A stretch of 64,000 bases of DNA from Bacteroidota bacterium (GTDB lineage Bacteria > Bacteroidota > Bacteroidia > Bacteroidales > JAAUTT01). Under the pieces are notes generated by a model. The model saw only the letters and a program-made list of their open reading frames with translations, had not been told where the DNA came from and did no database searches. Position 1 is the stretch's first letter, and each line of letters begins with the position of its first letter. Below are positions 8,615-18,731 of this stretch, piece after piece. The stretch spans positions 67,396 through 131,395 of the forward strand of contig JAJYAG010000001.1 in NCBI GenBank assembly GCA_021779665.1, read 5' to 3'. Position numbers and translations under genes: made by a program.

Positions 8615-9727
8615 TTATATTGTAAAAAAGGAAGTATACTCTACGAGTTTTTCACTATGCTCGTCTACATTATGCGCAGTATTGGCCAGTTCTTCGGATG
8701 ATGTAGCACTCATTTGCGATGAATTGTTGAGCTGCTGGATAGAAAGGTTAATCTGCGAAGCCCCGGCATTTTGCTCAATGGAAGCCATGCTAATCTCATT
8801 TATCAGCGATCCGGCTCTTTGAATACGGGGAACAATTTCACCGATAATCTGGTTTGTTTCACCTGTTATCGACAAACTCCGGCGGGAAAGATCCTGAATT
8901 TCCTCCGAAGCTATTTTACTTTTCTCGGCCAAGCGACGTACTTCGGTTGCAACCACGGCAAATCCTTTCCCGTGATCGCCGGCCCTGGCAGCTTCAACGG
9001 CTGCATTTAGTGCCAGAATATTGGTCTGGAATGCAATATCGTTGATGATACTTATCTTTTCGGCTATGTTATTTACGGCAGCAAGACTTTCTTGCGATTT
9101 TAAGAGGATCGCTTTAATCTGATCGCCAATGATCTTCGATTCGTTTTCAGTTTCTTTTGCATTATTTGCATTTTGCTGAATACTGGAAGCAATCTCTTCC
9201 ATAGAAGCCGATATCTCCTGGATGGCAGCAGCCTGGTTAGCAATAATTTGCGATAACTGCTGAGAGTTGTCGTTTATCTCTTTACCTGCGCCCTTCAGGT
9301 CATTGGAAACTATAACAATATTTCCGATAGCGCCTTTCATCTTATCCGAAAGGTTCTTTACAGCATTCGAAATTCTTCCGAATTCATTATTTTCCTTTAG
9401 TTCCTTTTCGTTTATTTCAACAGTTAGATCGCCCTGCGAAATCAAATCGAGCTTTTCCGAAATTTTTTGTAATGGATTTTTAATAATTCTCAGCATAATA
9501 AAAAATGCTGCGAATATGCCTGCCCAGCAAAACGGTAATCCCCACCAGATATGGTGAAGACCTTTTGCTCCCAGGATAAAAGTCACCAGCGGCATTGTTT
9601 CGAAAATAATCAGCATTACCATTCCGATTTTGAATATTATCGTTTTCTTAAACAATAATTTCATCGAAAACCAATAGATAGGAATAAGTGCGAGGAGAAC
9701 CAATTCAAAAATTAAAGTACTGTCCAT
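8615..9727 (-). CDS. Methyl-accepting chemotaxis protein (membrane-embedded N-terminus, HAMP, MCP signalling domain)
   Basis: 370 aa. Hydrophobic N-terminus with no sizeable periplasmic domain, and a HAMP-like [22 protein letters not shown]. The conserved hairpin-tip block [37 protein letters not shown] is present. Confidence 0.85.
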   Translation of the reverse strand: MDSTLIFELVLLALIPIYWFSMKLLFKKTIIFKIGMVMLIIFETMPLVTFILGAKGLHHIWWGLPFCWAGIFAAFFIMLRIIKNPLQKISEKLDLISQGDLTVEINEKELKENNEFGRISNAVKNLSDKMKGAIGNIVIVSNDLKGAGKEINDNSQQLSQIIANQAAAIQEISASMEEIASSIQQNANNAKETENESKIIGDQIKAILLKSQESLAAVNNIAEKISIINDIAFQTNILALNAAVEAARAGDHGKGFAVVATEVRRLAEKSKIASEEIQDLSRRSLSITGETNQIIGEIVPRIQRAGSLINEISMASIEQNAGASQINLSIQQLNNSSQMSATSSEELANTAHNVDEHSEKLVEYTSFFTI

Positions 9728-9869
9728 AACGATTTAAAGTGAGATTGTGGTTTTATTTTATGTTTTATGAAAATAGTGCAATGAACAAATGCGCAGGTAA
9801 GACTTTATACCCATTTTGTATCATCCTAAAGGATGATTTTGGTGTCATACTTTTGGTCAGAAGGAATGG

Positions 9870-11039
9870 CTATTTCTTTGAAAATACACGGTTATAATAA
9901 TAAGGGGCTGTTTTAGTCCGGAATAGAAAAAGACCAATGGCTACAATAATGGCGCTGAGTATAAAGGTAACAGAAATGCTTATATACTCAGCCACATACC
10001 CCATAATAACCATTCCGGCACCCATACCAATATCCAGACAGGTATAGAGGGTTGAGTTAGCAGCGCCTCTCCGCATCGGATCAGCAAGGTTATTGATCAT
10101 GGCCTGAAATATGGGAAATACAACTCCTATTCCAAACCCCATAATCAGCGCCGAGGCGTAAAATCCATAAGCATTTTTGAATATCACTAAAGTGAGAAAT
10201 CCGGCAGCGAGCAGACTTAAACAAACTGTGAGGATATTCAGCGGACCATGCCTGTCGAAAGCTTTTCCGGATGTAAATCTTGAAATTCCAATTCCAATAG
10301 AGAAAACAAGGAAGAAAACAGAAGTATTCTGTATGCCTATTTCCTTGCCATACAAAGCAATAAATGAAAGTAAGCCGCCGTAAGTCGACATGATCACAAG
10401 CAGGTTCAGTGACGGCACAACCGCCTTTCTGTCGAATAGTTTATGCAACGATAAATTAAACGGAGCACCCATTTTCAAAGGAGGAAATTTCATCAGTCCG
10501 GCGCATAGAAGGCTTATAAGGCTTATGATGATTCCCGCCGAAAACATTGCCGTGTATCCAAACTTATGCTGAAGAAAGATTCCAAGAACAGGTCCGGTCG
10601 ACATGCCCAATGTTGTCGACAGGGCAAAATATCCGATGCCTTCTCCCCGCTTTTCAGCAGGGATAATATCTACAGCAATCGTCGAACCCGAGATGGTGGT
10701 GATACCCCATGTGAGGCCCTGAAGAAAGCGGAGGGCGATTAATGCAGCAATACTTGCCGCAACAAGATAGCCACTGAAGAATAATGAATATAATGTTAAC
10801 GAAAGAAGGAAAACAGTGCGTCGGCCAAACCTGTCGAGGGAAAAGCCTCCAAAAGGTCTCACCAGAATGGATGCAATTGTAAAAGCAGCAAGGACAACCC
10901 CTACCTCATTTTTACCGGCATGCAAACTGGTTACCAGGTATACAGGCAAAGTTGAAATGATTGCATAATAAGTAATACACATTAAAAAATTGGAAGCAGT
11001 GAGCAAAATAAAATTCCTGCTCCATATTTTGGTCGTCAT
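9870..11039 (-). CDS. MFS transporter
   Basis: 389 aa with ~12 hydrophobic segments. Contains the MFS loop motif GFSLDRFGRR. Confidence 0.85.
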   Translation of the reverse strand: MTTKIWSRNFILLTASNFLMCITYYAIISTLPVYLVTSLHAGKNEVGVVLAAFTIASILVRPFGGFSLDRFGRRTVFLLSLTLYSLFFSGYLVAASIAALIALRFLQGLTWGITTISGSTIAVDIIPAEKRGEGIGYFALSTTLGMSTGPVLGIFLQHKFGYTAMFSAGIIISLISLLCAGLMKFPPLKMGAPFNLSLHKLFDRKAVVPSLNLLVIMSTYGGLLSFIALYGKEIGIQNTSVFFLVFSIGIGISRFTSGKAFDRHGPLNILTVCLSLLAAGFLTLVIFKNAYGFYASALIMGFGIGVVFPIFQAMINNLADPMRRGAANSTLYTCLDIGMGAGMVIMGYVAEYISISVTFILSAIIVAIGLFLFRTKTAPYYYNRVFSKK

Positions 11040-11169
11040 GGCTCCAAGCGCTGAAATAAAGTGCGAAGATAGGGATTTTGGGTAAGGGTGGTTGATTATG
11101 AATATTCAATTCACTATTGCCCGGTAAATATTTATTAAGGTTGGAATATTTTTCGGAAAAATAACCAGC

Positions 11170-12501
11170 CTAAATCATTCCCCTCGCCTTCAGCTCTAAG
11201 TATTTGTTGATGGTATTGAGCGATAATTCCGACGGAACCGATTTGATACATGCAATGCCGTGATTGGTAAGTTCCGAAACTATCTGGTTCTTTTCGTGAA
11301 GATATTTACGGGCCATGGTTTGTTCGTAAATGCCCATGATATCACTGACTGGATTCTTACTCATGCCTGCAACAGCATCGTTCTCAAAAAACATCACTAC
11401 CAGCAGGTGTAATTTGCTGATTTGCCGCAGGATAGGTAGAACTCTCTCAAAAGCATGAAGGCTCTCGAAATTGGTGTAAAGAAATATCAGGCTGCGGTGC
11501 TTGATAACATTGCGCACCAAGTGGTATAAGAGTTCGTATTCTGCCTCCAGCACATGTTCCTTCTCGTTGTACAATGCTTCCAGAATTTTCCGCAGTTGCT
11601 GCGAGTTTTTATCGGCGGGAATTACAGAGCCAATTTTATCGGAAAAGGTTATCAGACCTGCTTTGTCATGCTTTTGGAGTACCACATTCGAAATTACCAG
11701 TGAGGTGTTGATTGAATAATCGAGCAGCGTAAGCCCATTGAAAGGCATGTGCATGGAACGGCTTTTGTCGATGATGGAATAGACCTGTTGGGAACGTTCT
11801 TCCTCATATTGGTTTACCATCAGCGAACCCCTTCTGCTGCTTGCTTTCCAGTTGATGCTGCGACTGTCGTCTCCAATTACATATTCCTTTACCTGGTCGA
11901 ATTCGTAGCTGTGGCCAATTCTCCGGCGCCGCTTAATGCCTTCGTTGAGTTGATGTGATGGCCCCGATTTAAGTTCAAATTTCTTCATCTGCACAATGGA
12001 TGGATATACCTTCACCATCGTATGGCGGTCAACGGTTATTTTTCTGCTGATCAAACCCAGCGTGGATTGCACAAACAAATTAATATTCCCGAAATTATAT
12101 TCTCCTCTTTTAACAGGAGTTACTTCGTACTTTAAAAGGGTTTCTTCATCATTGCCGAGTGCAGCTTCAAATTTCAGGTCACGGATCTGGAACTGGCAGG
12201 GCAATTCGTCAATTACGGTCAGCCAGACTTTCAGCTTTGATGTATTACGAACCAGAATCTCAATGTGGTTTTCGTCACCCAGCGTCATAATACTGGGGAG
12301 ATGGCGTTTCACCTCAAAGGTTCTGTTTTTATTGAAAAGAAGAAGTATATCGGCAAGCGAAGCGGTAAGCAGCGCAATGAGCAAAAACTGTCCCAAAGGA
12401 AACAGCCAGTGTACCGTAAAACTGAACGCAAAAAGCACCACCGCAGCTGAGCCAACGACGAAGAACCTCGATGTGAGAAATATTTGCCTGTATATGCGCA
12501 T
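11170..12501 (-). CDS. DUF58 (vWA-like) protein with an N-terminal membrane anchor
   Basis: 443 aa. Contains the DUF58 block GHSYEFDQVKEYVIGDDSRSINWKASSRRGSLMVNQYEEERSQ. The start overlaps the moxR stop by 1 nt. Confidence 0.8.
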   Translation of the reverse strand: MRIYRQIFLTSRFFVVGSAAVVLFAFSFTVHWLFPLGQFLLIALLTASLADILLLFNKNRTFEVKRHLPSIMTLGDENHIEILVRNTSKLKVWLTVIDELPCQFQIRDLKFEAALGNDEETLLKYEVTPVKRGEYNFGNINLFVQSTLGLISRKITVDRHTMVKVYPSIVQMKKFELKSGPSHQLNEGIKRRRRIGHSYEFDQVKEYVIGDDSRSINWKASSRRGSLMVNQYEEERSQQVYSIIDKSRSMHMPFNGLTLLDYSINTSLVISNVVLQKHDKAGLITFSDKIGSVIPADKNSQQLRKILEALYNEKEHVLEAEYELLYHLVRNVIKHRSLIFLYTNFESLHAFERVLPILRQISKLHLLVVMFFENDAVAGMSKNPVSDIMGIYEQTMARKYLHEKNQIVSELTNHGIACIKSVPSELSLNTINKYLELKARGMI

Positions 12502-13520
12502 TACCTTGGCACTTCTATTTTCTGGATGATGTCCTTTATAATATCTTCAGCATCCACCCCTTCAATTTCGCGTTCGGGAACGAGAATGATACGGTGATTC
12601 AGCACCGGGTATGCAACTTTCTGAATATCGTCGGGCGTAACAAAGTCGCGGCCGTTGATTGCTGCTATGGCTTTCGATGTGCGAAGGATAGCAATGGAAG
12701 CTCTTGGCGATGCCCCCAGGAACAGGTTAGAATTGCTGCGGGTATTATTTACAATGTTTGCGACATAAGCAAGCAGTTCATCCTTAACATGCACCTTCTC
12801 GACAATAGAGCATAAATTGATCAGATCTTTGGCTTTATAAACCTTCTGAACATCTTTTTCGATCCGGTTAAAGAAGTCTGATTTAAAGCGCGAAAGTATA
12901 CCAATTTCTTCTTCTACCGAAGGATATCCGATTTTGATGCGGAACATAAACCTGTCGAGTTCAGCCTCGGGAAGCCGGTAGGTTCCCTCCTGCTCTATCG
13001 GATTTTGGGTGGCGATTACATAGAGCGGATAATCCAAACGATGGGTTTCGCCATCGACTGTAATCTGACGCTCTTCCATTACCTCAAAAAGAGCCGACTG
13101 GGTTTTAGCCGGGGCACGGTTTATTTCGTCGGCCAGGATGATATTGCTGAAAACAGGTCCCTTCCGGAAGAAAAACGAAGCCGACTGCATATTGTAAACC
13201 GTGGTACCAATAACGTCGGACGGCATCAGGTCAGGTGTAAACTGAATTCTTTTATATTCGGCATCGAGTATGTTGGCCAACAGCTTCACAAGCAATGTCT
13301 TTGCAATACCTGGAACGCCCTCTATCAAAACATGGCCGTTGGTAAGCAGACCAACCGTTAAAAGTTCAATGGTATTGTCCATCCCGACAATGACTTTCTG
13401 GAGCTCGGTTTTCACCTTCAGGGCAAAATCCATAACTTCGCTCACATCAATATAAGTGTTGCTTTCTGTTGCAGTTGGTTCTGCATTGGCGTCAGGATCG
13501 TTCAAAATGTTTTCTTCCAT
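12501..13520 (-). CDS. moxR: MoxR-family AAA+ ATPase
   Basis: 339 aa. Contains Walker A GVPGIAKT, Walker B/sensor [28 protein letters not shown], and [22 protein letters not shown]. Confidence 0.9.
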   Translation of the reverse strand: MEENILNDPDANAEPTATESNTYIDVSEVMDFALKVKTELQKVIVGMDNTIELLTVGLLTNGHVLIEGVPGIAKTLLVKLLANILDAEYKRIQFTPDLMPSDVIGTTVYNMQSASFFFRKGPVFSNIILADEINRAPAKTQSALFEVMEERQITVDGETHRLDYPLYVIATQNPIEQEGTYRLPEAELDRFMFRIKIGYPSVEEEIGILSRFKSDFFNRIEKDVQKVYKAKDLINLCSIVEKVHVKDELLAYVANIVNNTRSNSNLFLGASPRASIAILRTSKAIAAINGRDFVTPDDIQKVAYPVLNHRIILVPEREIEGVDAEDIIKDIIQKIEVPR

Positions 13521-14765
13521 TTACTTGCAGTTTTTGTAAAAGTTTTCGATTTGAGTGTGTAGTTTTATTAACGACTTAGGTTCGTAAACCGGGTTGTAAA
13601 CCACGTCGCCGTATGCTTCAAAAAGTTTGTCGAGTTCACTTTCGGGAATTCCCGATAAGGGAGCAAGAATTTTTGGCGTGTCTTTTTTGCTCAGGTTAGG
13701 CGAAATTCCATATTTATGCTTCACAAACGAGAGAAACTGTTTCATCATTTCTTCGGCAATATAAATGTTGGAATTGTTCTTAAAATAAAGTGTGGCAATG
13801 GAGTTGATAAATTCCACTGTTGTATTGGTGTTCGCTGGTATAAGCGGAATCTGGGCTTGTTTTCGTTTTGAATTGAAAACAACAAACAACAATATCAGTC
13901 CTCCAATCAGGTACCAGGCCCACCGCAGACTTTTTTCGGAAAGAATAAAGCGCAACGGCGATTCCTGAGTCGAGGTTATATTGGTATTATCCAAACCCGA
14001 TTTGCTGAATTCGTCCCACAAAATGCGCGGCTTTTTGTATTCGGAGAACATCTGATTGATGTACAGGTATCCGTTCTCTTTGGAAAGGTTGTAATTGGTA
14101 AAGAACAACGGATTGGAATGAAATATGAACCATCCTTTTCCGTGTTTAACACGCATAGTTTCTACAATTACATTGCCTATTCGCGAAACTGGCTCGAAAC
14201 CATACATCGAAAGAGAATCTCTTAGAAAGAGACTGTCCAGTCCCAGCCATTTGTATTTTGCTTTTTTAGGTCCGTTTTTATAGTCGAACTTATAATATTT
14301 CTCAGGATTCAACCTGTCGAAGTTAGCCTCTACAACAGAATCATTAATATAGTTGAAGGTTAGCATGGGAAACCGGTCATCGGTAAGGTGACCGTAAATA
14401 TAATGCTCCGATCCAATGCTGGAGATAAAGGCATTATTTCCGCGGTGAACAAAGTCCAGCAGTTTTTCCGACAGGATACTGTCTCCAACAAAATTCTCTC
14501 CGATAAATATATAAAGCACTCCGGTATCTTCTTTGGCAATGTAATTTTGAGCCGGATTATCTATCAACACAAAATTGTTTTTTTTGCAAGAGGTTGAAAT
14601 TAAATCTGCCGCAAGCTTTAGCCCATATGGTTGGGCGTTATCGTACAAATAATTCTCGTTCCACCTGTATTTAGGACTATAACTCCTGAAATGGAAATAA
14701 AGCACGGTGCCAATGAGAATCACAGCACAAACAATAAGAATTACTATTTTATTGATGGATTTCAC
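13521..14765 (-). CDS. Membrane protein, DUF4350-like
   Basis: 414 aa with an N-terminal TM and a second TM (WAWYLIGGLILLFVVF). Its stop abuts the moxR ATG. The family call rests on its position in the conserved MoxR/DUF58 neighbourhood and is from memory. Confidence 0.55.
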   Translation of the reverse strand: MKSINKIVILIVCAVILIGTVLYFHFRSYSPKYRWNENYLYDNAQPYGLKLAADLISTSCKKNNFVLIDNPAQNYIAKEDTGVLYIFIGENFVGDSILSEKLLDFVHRGNNAFISSIGSEHYIYGHLTDDRFPMLTFNYINDSVVEANFDRLNPEKYYKFDYKNGPKKAKYKWLGLDSLFLRDSLSMYGFEPVSRIGNVIVETMRVKHGKGWFIFHSNPLFFTNYNLSKENGYLYINQMFSEYKKPRILWDEFSKSGLDNTNITSTQESPLRFILSEKSLRWAWYLIGGLILLFVVFNSKRKQAQIPLIPANTNTTVEFINSIATLYFKNNSNIYIAEEMMKQFLSFVKHKYGISPNLSKKDTPKILAPLSGIPESELDKLFEAYGDVVYNPVYEPKSLIKLHTQIENFYKNCK

Positions 14766-15495
14766 GCGGCTCTATTAATTGTTGTATTTGTTCAAAAATG
14801 GGAATAATTCCTGTGTATTCACGCTCGGTAATGGCTATTTCGCCATACCAGATTCTTTCAAATTGCAGCGTTAGTTTCCTGAATAAATCAAATTCTCTTT
14901 TTCCATACATTTCTCTCAGATAATGGCCGTTGGTTTTATCTTTTTTCCAGGCAACAAATTTATGCTTGTTTAGCAACCTCAAAAGCATCAGATACCGGAG
15001 TCGTACAGCTTCCTTGTACTCGCCCGACTTTAAGGCATACTGCAGATCGCCGTCAAGATTTGCTTTTTCAATATTTTCGTACCCGGAACCCATACGCGGC
15101 TTAATTTCGGGTAAGGATTGGTTTGAGGGACTCCGGAAGAGGCTTACAATCAAAACCACCATCAATAGCAAAAGAGCAATAGCAACAAAGGCTATAAACA
15201 GATAAACGATTCCTGAATTCCCTGAGAAAAATGGTAGGAAAAAAGAGCCTTCTTCGCGATCAGAACTTTCATCTTGATCAGCTTTCCCTTTTATCTTTTT
15301 ACCATCCCGGTTAATATTCTTTTCTGATTTCTTTTTCTGGCTTTTTTTCGGATTGCTCTCATTGTAATTGTACTCCCGGGCATGTTTTTGCCAATTTTCC
15401 TTGCTGACAAACCGCTGGTTATCCTGACTGAAGGCACCCGGGCCCTTCAAAAGCAAGGCAAGAATAAAAAAGATAATTAGTTTAAGGCGGTTCAT
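14749..15495 (-). CDS. DUF4129-like protein (signal peptide/TM, Lys- and Glu-rich linker)
   Basis: 248 aa. The C-terminal block RLRYLMLLRLLNKHKFVAWKKDKTNGHYL...FERIWYGE is typical of DUF4129. It overlaps the downstream gene by 17 nt. Confidence 0.6.
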   Translation of the reverse strand: MNRLKLIIFFILALLLKGPGAFSQDNQRFVSKENWQKHAREYNYNESNPKKSQKKKSEKNINRDGKKIKGKADQDESSDREEGSFFLPFFSGNSGIVYLFIAFVAIALLLLMVVLIVSLFRSPSNQSLPEIKPRMGSGYENIEKANLDGDLQYALKSGEYKEAVRLRYLMLLRLLNKHKFVAWKKDKTNGHYLREMYGKREFDLFRKLTLQFERIWYGEIAITEREYTGIIPIFEQIQQLIEPREIHQ

Positions 15496-17330
15496 CGGTT
15501 ATGCTCCTTTTCGAATCCAAATAAAACTTTTCTTTCGCCAAACATGTCAATTCGCTGGTTCAGACTTTCGGCCATCGAGATTTCCCTGAAAGCATAATAA
15601 TTGAATATCGACGTGGCTATTAGAAAATATGAATAAACTGAAATGATTGCAATGGTCAGGAACGAAAGTATAAAAATTTCGAGCAGATAGGTCGTTTGCT
15701 CGTCATATTTAAAGTTCATAAGGAACATTTGGATGTAGTTCCAGGCAACTTCTGTATTCAGCAAAACATAAAACACCACGATAAATACAAATATTTTGAA
15801 ACTGTTAACGAATTGCTTCCCCCAGGAATTATTGAGCAAACCAATGGTTTCTGCAATTGCCAGCGGAAAATTTACTTTCTCGATATAGCTCTTATAAACC
15901 GTCGTAAACAGGACCGGACTCAGCAAAATAAATGAGGTTACTCCCCAGAAAACCCCAAAATAGAAAGGCAGTAACACCAAAAATGAAGAAAGTAATGACG
16001 AGGAAATCAGGTAAAGATATCCTGACCTCCTTTGGGTGTCGTTTTCCAGAATTTTGCGGACACTACCCGAAAGATTAATCTGCAGCATCGTCAATGTTGC
16101 TATTCCTATCCAGAAATGCGATTTTATGCAATTGAGGTTAAAAAAAGTAAAAAACGAATGTGAATCAACATCCAGCTCATTTGTAGTCTGATAAGAAGAA
16201 AATGCAAGGGTTGCAAAGGAATGCAGCAAAGCAAATCCCGACACCATCAATAAAAATGGCAGAATATTACTGCTGAAATACTTGAATGAATTTCCAATTA
16301 TTTCGGATGCATTTAATATCCTGCTGAAGTCGTAAACTACCGGTTCTTTGTAACTTAGCTTTTCCGATTCGTTTACCACATACATCCGGCGCTTTTTCAG
16401 GTACCACGGATACCAGACAAAATAAAACAGAATAAAGGACAGCGAAAGTACGATAACCGCGATTCTTACAAAATCAGGAATATTGGTATAGCGTGTTATG
16501 AAGCTTTCGATAAAGCCGGCCAGAACAATAAGCGGCGTGATCCCGAGAAAAATCTTCAACCCTCTGAGGGCAGATATTTTCAAGGAATTAATACGCGAAT
16601 AGGTTCCGGGAAAAACCAACCCTCTTCCTAATGTCAACCCTGCAGCTCCTGCAATGATAATGCACGATATTTCAATGGTTCCATGTTGCCAGATGGTCAG
16701 GAACGATTCCTTAAAAAGTCCCCTTTCGACGAAAAAGTATTGAAAAACACCCACCATTATTCCGTTGCGAAGCAAAGCAAGTACAGTGCCAACCGACATA
16801 AATACGCCCAACACGAAAGTATACATGGCAACCGTAAGGTTATTGATGGTAATGCCCAGAAACATATGGGCTTCGTTGGCTTTTTTATAAACGGCCATCG
16901 GATCCTTGGTCTTAATATTTTCGATGGTCATCTGGACATAGTCGTTTCCGAGAATAAGCCGCGCAAATTCTTTGTCGTATATGCTGGAAAGTACGCCAAT
17001 GCCCATGGCCAGTATAAAAATGATGAACGAAATCCTGAATTCTTTACGAGCACAGTGTATCTGATATGGTAAATCGTATTTCCAGAATTTTACAAAACCC
17101 TGCATGCCGGTCGACTGATTCTGGTAAAGATTATTAAAGAGCAGCTGGGCAATTCCGTTCAGGTAAACACGTACCGAGCGGTATTTGAAAAAAGTACGGG
17201 CATACGATAAATCGTCGGTTACCTGAATAAACAACTTGCTATGTCGGGTTTTTAAGTTTTCGGTTCGAAGGTCAGTTTCGAATTCCAACCAATTTTTCTT
17301 ATTTTGTTCGACGAATTTTGATTCTTTCAT
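15492..17330 (-). CDS. Large polytopic membrane protein, SpoIIM/DUF95-like N-terminal half
   Basis: 612 aa. The cytoplasmic N-terminus KFVEQNKKNWLEFE is followed by many TM segments. It overlaps the next gene by 4 nt (ATGA). Confidence 0.6.
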   Translation of the reverse strand: MKESKFVEQNKKNWLEFETDLRTENLKTRHSKLFIQVTDDLSYARTFFKYRSVRVYLNGIAQLLFNNLYQNQSTGMQGFVKFWKYDLPYQIHCARKEFRISFIIFILAMGIGVLSSIYDKEFARLILGNDYVQMTIENIKTKDPMAVYKKANEAHMFLGITINNLTVAMYTFVLGVFMSVGTVLALLRNGIMVGVFQYFFVERGLFKESFLTIWQHGTIEISCIIIAGAAGLTLGRGLVFPGTYSRINSLKISALRGLKIFLGITPLIVLAGFIESFITRYTNIPDFVRIAVIVLSLSFILFYFVWYPWYLKKRRMYVVNESEKLSYKEPVVYDFSRILNASEIIGNSFKYFSSNILPFLLMVSGFALLHSFATLAFSSYQTTNELDVDSHSFFTFFNLNCIKSHFWIGIATLTMLQINLSGSVRKILENDTQRRSGYLYLISSSLLSSFLVLLPFYFGVFWGVTSFILLSPVLFTTVYKSYIEKVNFPLAIAETIGLLNNSWGKQFVNSFKIFVFIVVFYVLLNTEVAWNYIQMFLMNFKYDEQTTYLLEIFILSFLTIAIISVYSYFLIATSIFNYYAFREISMAESLNQRIDMFGERKVLFGFEKEHNR

Positions 17331-17379
17331 TTACCGTCTTTCTTATATGCGAATTAAGTAAAATTTTGGAAACCTCTAT

Positions 17380-18099
17380 ATGAAAAAGATAAATATTACT
17401 ACCACACAAAACGTAACCATCGAATACGAACTTGCAAGCGTTACCGAAAGATCTGTTTCCACTGTAATCGACCTTATTATTATTTATCTGGGAAGCCTCA
17501 TTATTTATGCTTTTTCATCCATATTTATTGACAAAGCTTCGCTCATATATCTATTTATTTCTACACCGGCGGCTTTCTTTTACCATTTGCTGTCCGAAAC
17601 ATTAAATCACGGACAAACTTTGGGTAAAAAAATTATGAAGGTCCGTGTAGTTAAAATCAACGGTGAACGTCCGGGGTTTTTCGATTTTCTGATGCGCACC
17701 GTTTTTCGTTTTATCGATATTACTTTAACAGCTGGAACCCTGGCACTGATTACCGTTTCGTCGACCGAAAAAGGTCAGCGGTTAGGCGATTTTCTTGCCG
17801 ACACCACGGTTGTAAAACTGATCAATGCAAACCGTTTCTCTTTGAGTCGCATCCTTTCCATGGAAAACCTGAAAAACTACACTCCTGTTTATCCGGGCGT
17901 GGTTAAATTTAAAGAAGAAGAAATGCTCCTTATTAAAGAAACACTTGACCGACTTGCTAAATACCCTACTGATAATCATATAGATGCCCGCAACAAGCTG
18001 GTGTATAAGATTGAGAAGCAACTTGGTGTAGTTGCTCCTCATGATAAAAATCTGTTTTTAAAAACTTTGATAAAAGATTTTGTAAGTCTTACACGCTAA
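17380..18099 (+). CDS. RDD-family membrane protein
   Basis: 239 aa. Contains TVIDLIIIYLG ... GQTLGKKIMKVRVV ... LMRTVFRFIDI. Divergent from the SpoIIM-like gene across a 49-bp gap. Confidence 0.75.
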   Translation: MKKINITTTQNVTIEYELASVTERSVSTVIDLIIIYLGSLIIYAFSSIFIDKASLIYLFISTPAAFFYHLLSETLNHGQTLGKKIMKVRVVKINGERPGFFDFLMRTVFRFIDITLTAGTLALITVSSTEKGQRLGDFLADTTVVKLINANRFSLSRILSMENLKNYTPVYPGVVKFKEEEMLLIKETLDRLAKYPTDNHIDARNKLVYKIEKQLGVVAPHDKNLFLKTLIKDFVSLTR

Positions 18100-18101
18100 A
18101 A

Positions 18102-18545
18102 TTAATCGTTAACTACTTGTGTATAGGTAATAGAGTCGTGCCAGCCGTTATTTCCCCCAAGAAAAGACAACGGCTCCAGCGGGATAATGCGGCAAAGACT
18201 TCTTTTAAAAATAGTTCCGGTTGAAGCAACGGAATTGTCATCATTTAAGACTCTGGTTCCTGTAATCATTTTACCAATAGTTTTGCCGGTCGTACTTTCA
18301 AGAATGGTATAATACAAAATTAGTACGGAGTAACCGATCAGATAAGAAGTTAGGGTACTCATTTCTCCATTCTCAGGGAAAGCAACTGCATAGAGCATTC
18401 CGCATATAAAGATTAAAATTAAGAGTACAATCCTGTCGATTATATAATTTGCGAACCGCTTACCAGTGCTGGCATACTCATAAACTTCGGCTTTGGAATT
18501 TGACTGATCAAAAACTCCGGAGTCCAGAATTTCGTTATTTTCCAT
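18102..18545 (-). CDS. RDD-family membrane protein (second copy)
   Basis: 147 aa. Contains KRFANYIIDRIVLLIL ... GKTIGKMITGTRVL ... FKRSLCRIIP. Convergent with 17380..18099 across a 2-nt gap. Confidence 0.75.
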   Translation of the reverse strand: MENNEILDSGVFDQSNSKAEVYEYASTGKRFANYIIDRIVLLILIFICGMLYAVAFPENGEMSTLTSYLIGYSVLILYYTILESTTGKTIGKMITGTRVLNDDNSVASTGTIFKRSLCRIIPLEPLSFLGGNNGWHDSITYTQVVND

Positions 18546-18687
18546 CTTGTGATATTTTTTAGGTTAGTAATTGAAATTGTTGGTTAAACAGAAAACCAAA
18601 CAAACCCGTTTACGGATAGTGCCTGATTTTGGTTCCGGTTAGCGGGTTTAAATTTATTAAGTCATTGAAAAGCAATAGTAAAAGTAA

Positions 18688-18724
18688 GCAGGCTCAGACG
18701 ATAAGATTTTAGCCATGAGCCTGC
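18688..18724 (-). terminator. Possible terminator hairpin after the lipoprotein gene
   Basis: 9-bp stem gcaggctca / tgagcctgc with a 19-nt loop, 8 nt downstream of the stop at 18732. It is followed on the minus strand by the T-rich ttacttttact. The large loop keeps confidence low. Confidence 0.35.
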
Positions 18725-18731
18725 CCAATTA

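Noticed and set aside
11996-12529. 177-aa plus-strand ORF
   Set aside because: It is antisense to the DUF58 gene, whose family motif (GDDSRSINWKASSRRG...) is clear. The antisense product is low-complexity (Ser/Thr/Ile-rich) with no motifs, as expected for a shadow ORF.
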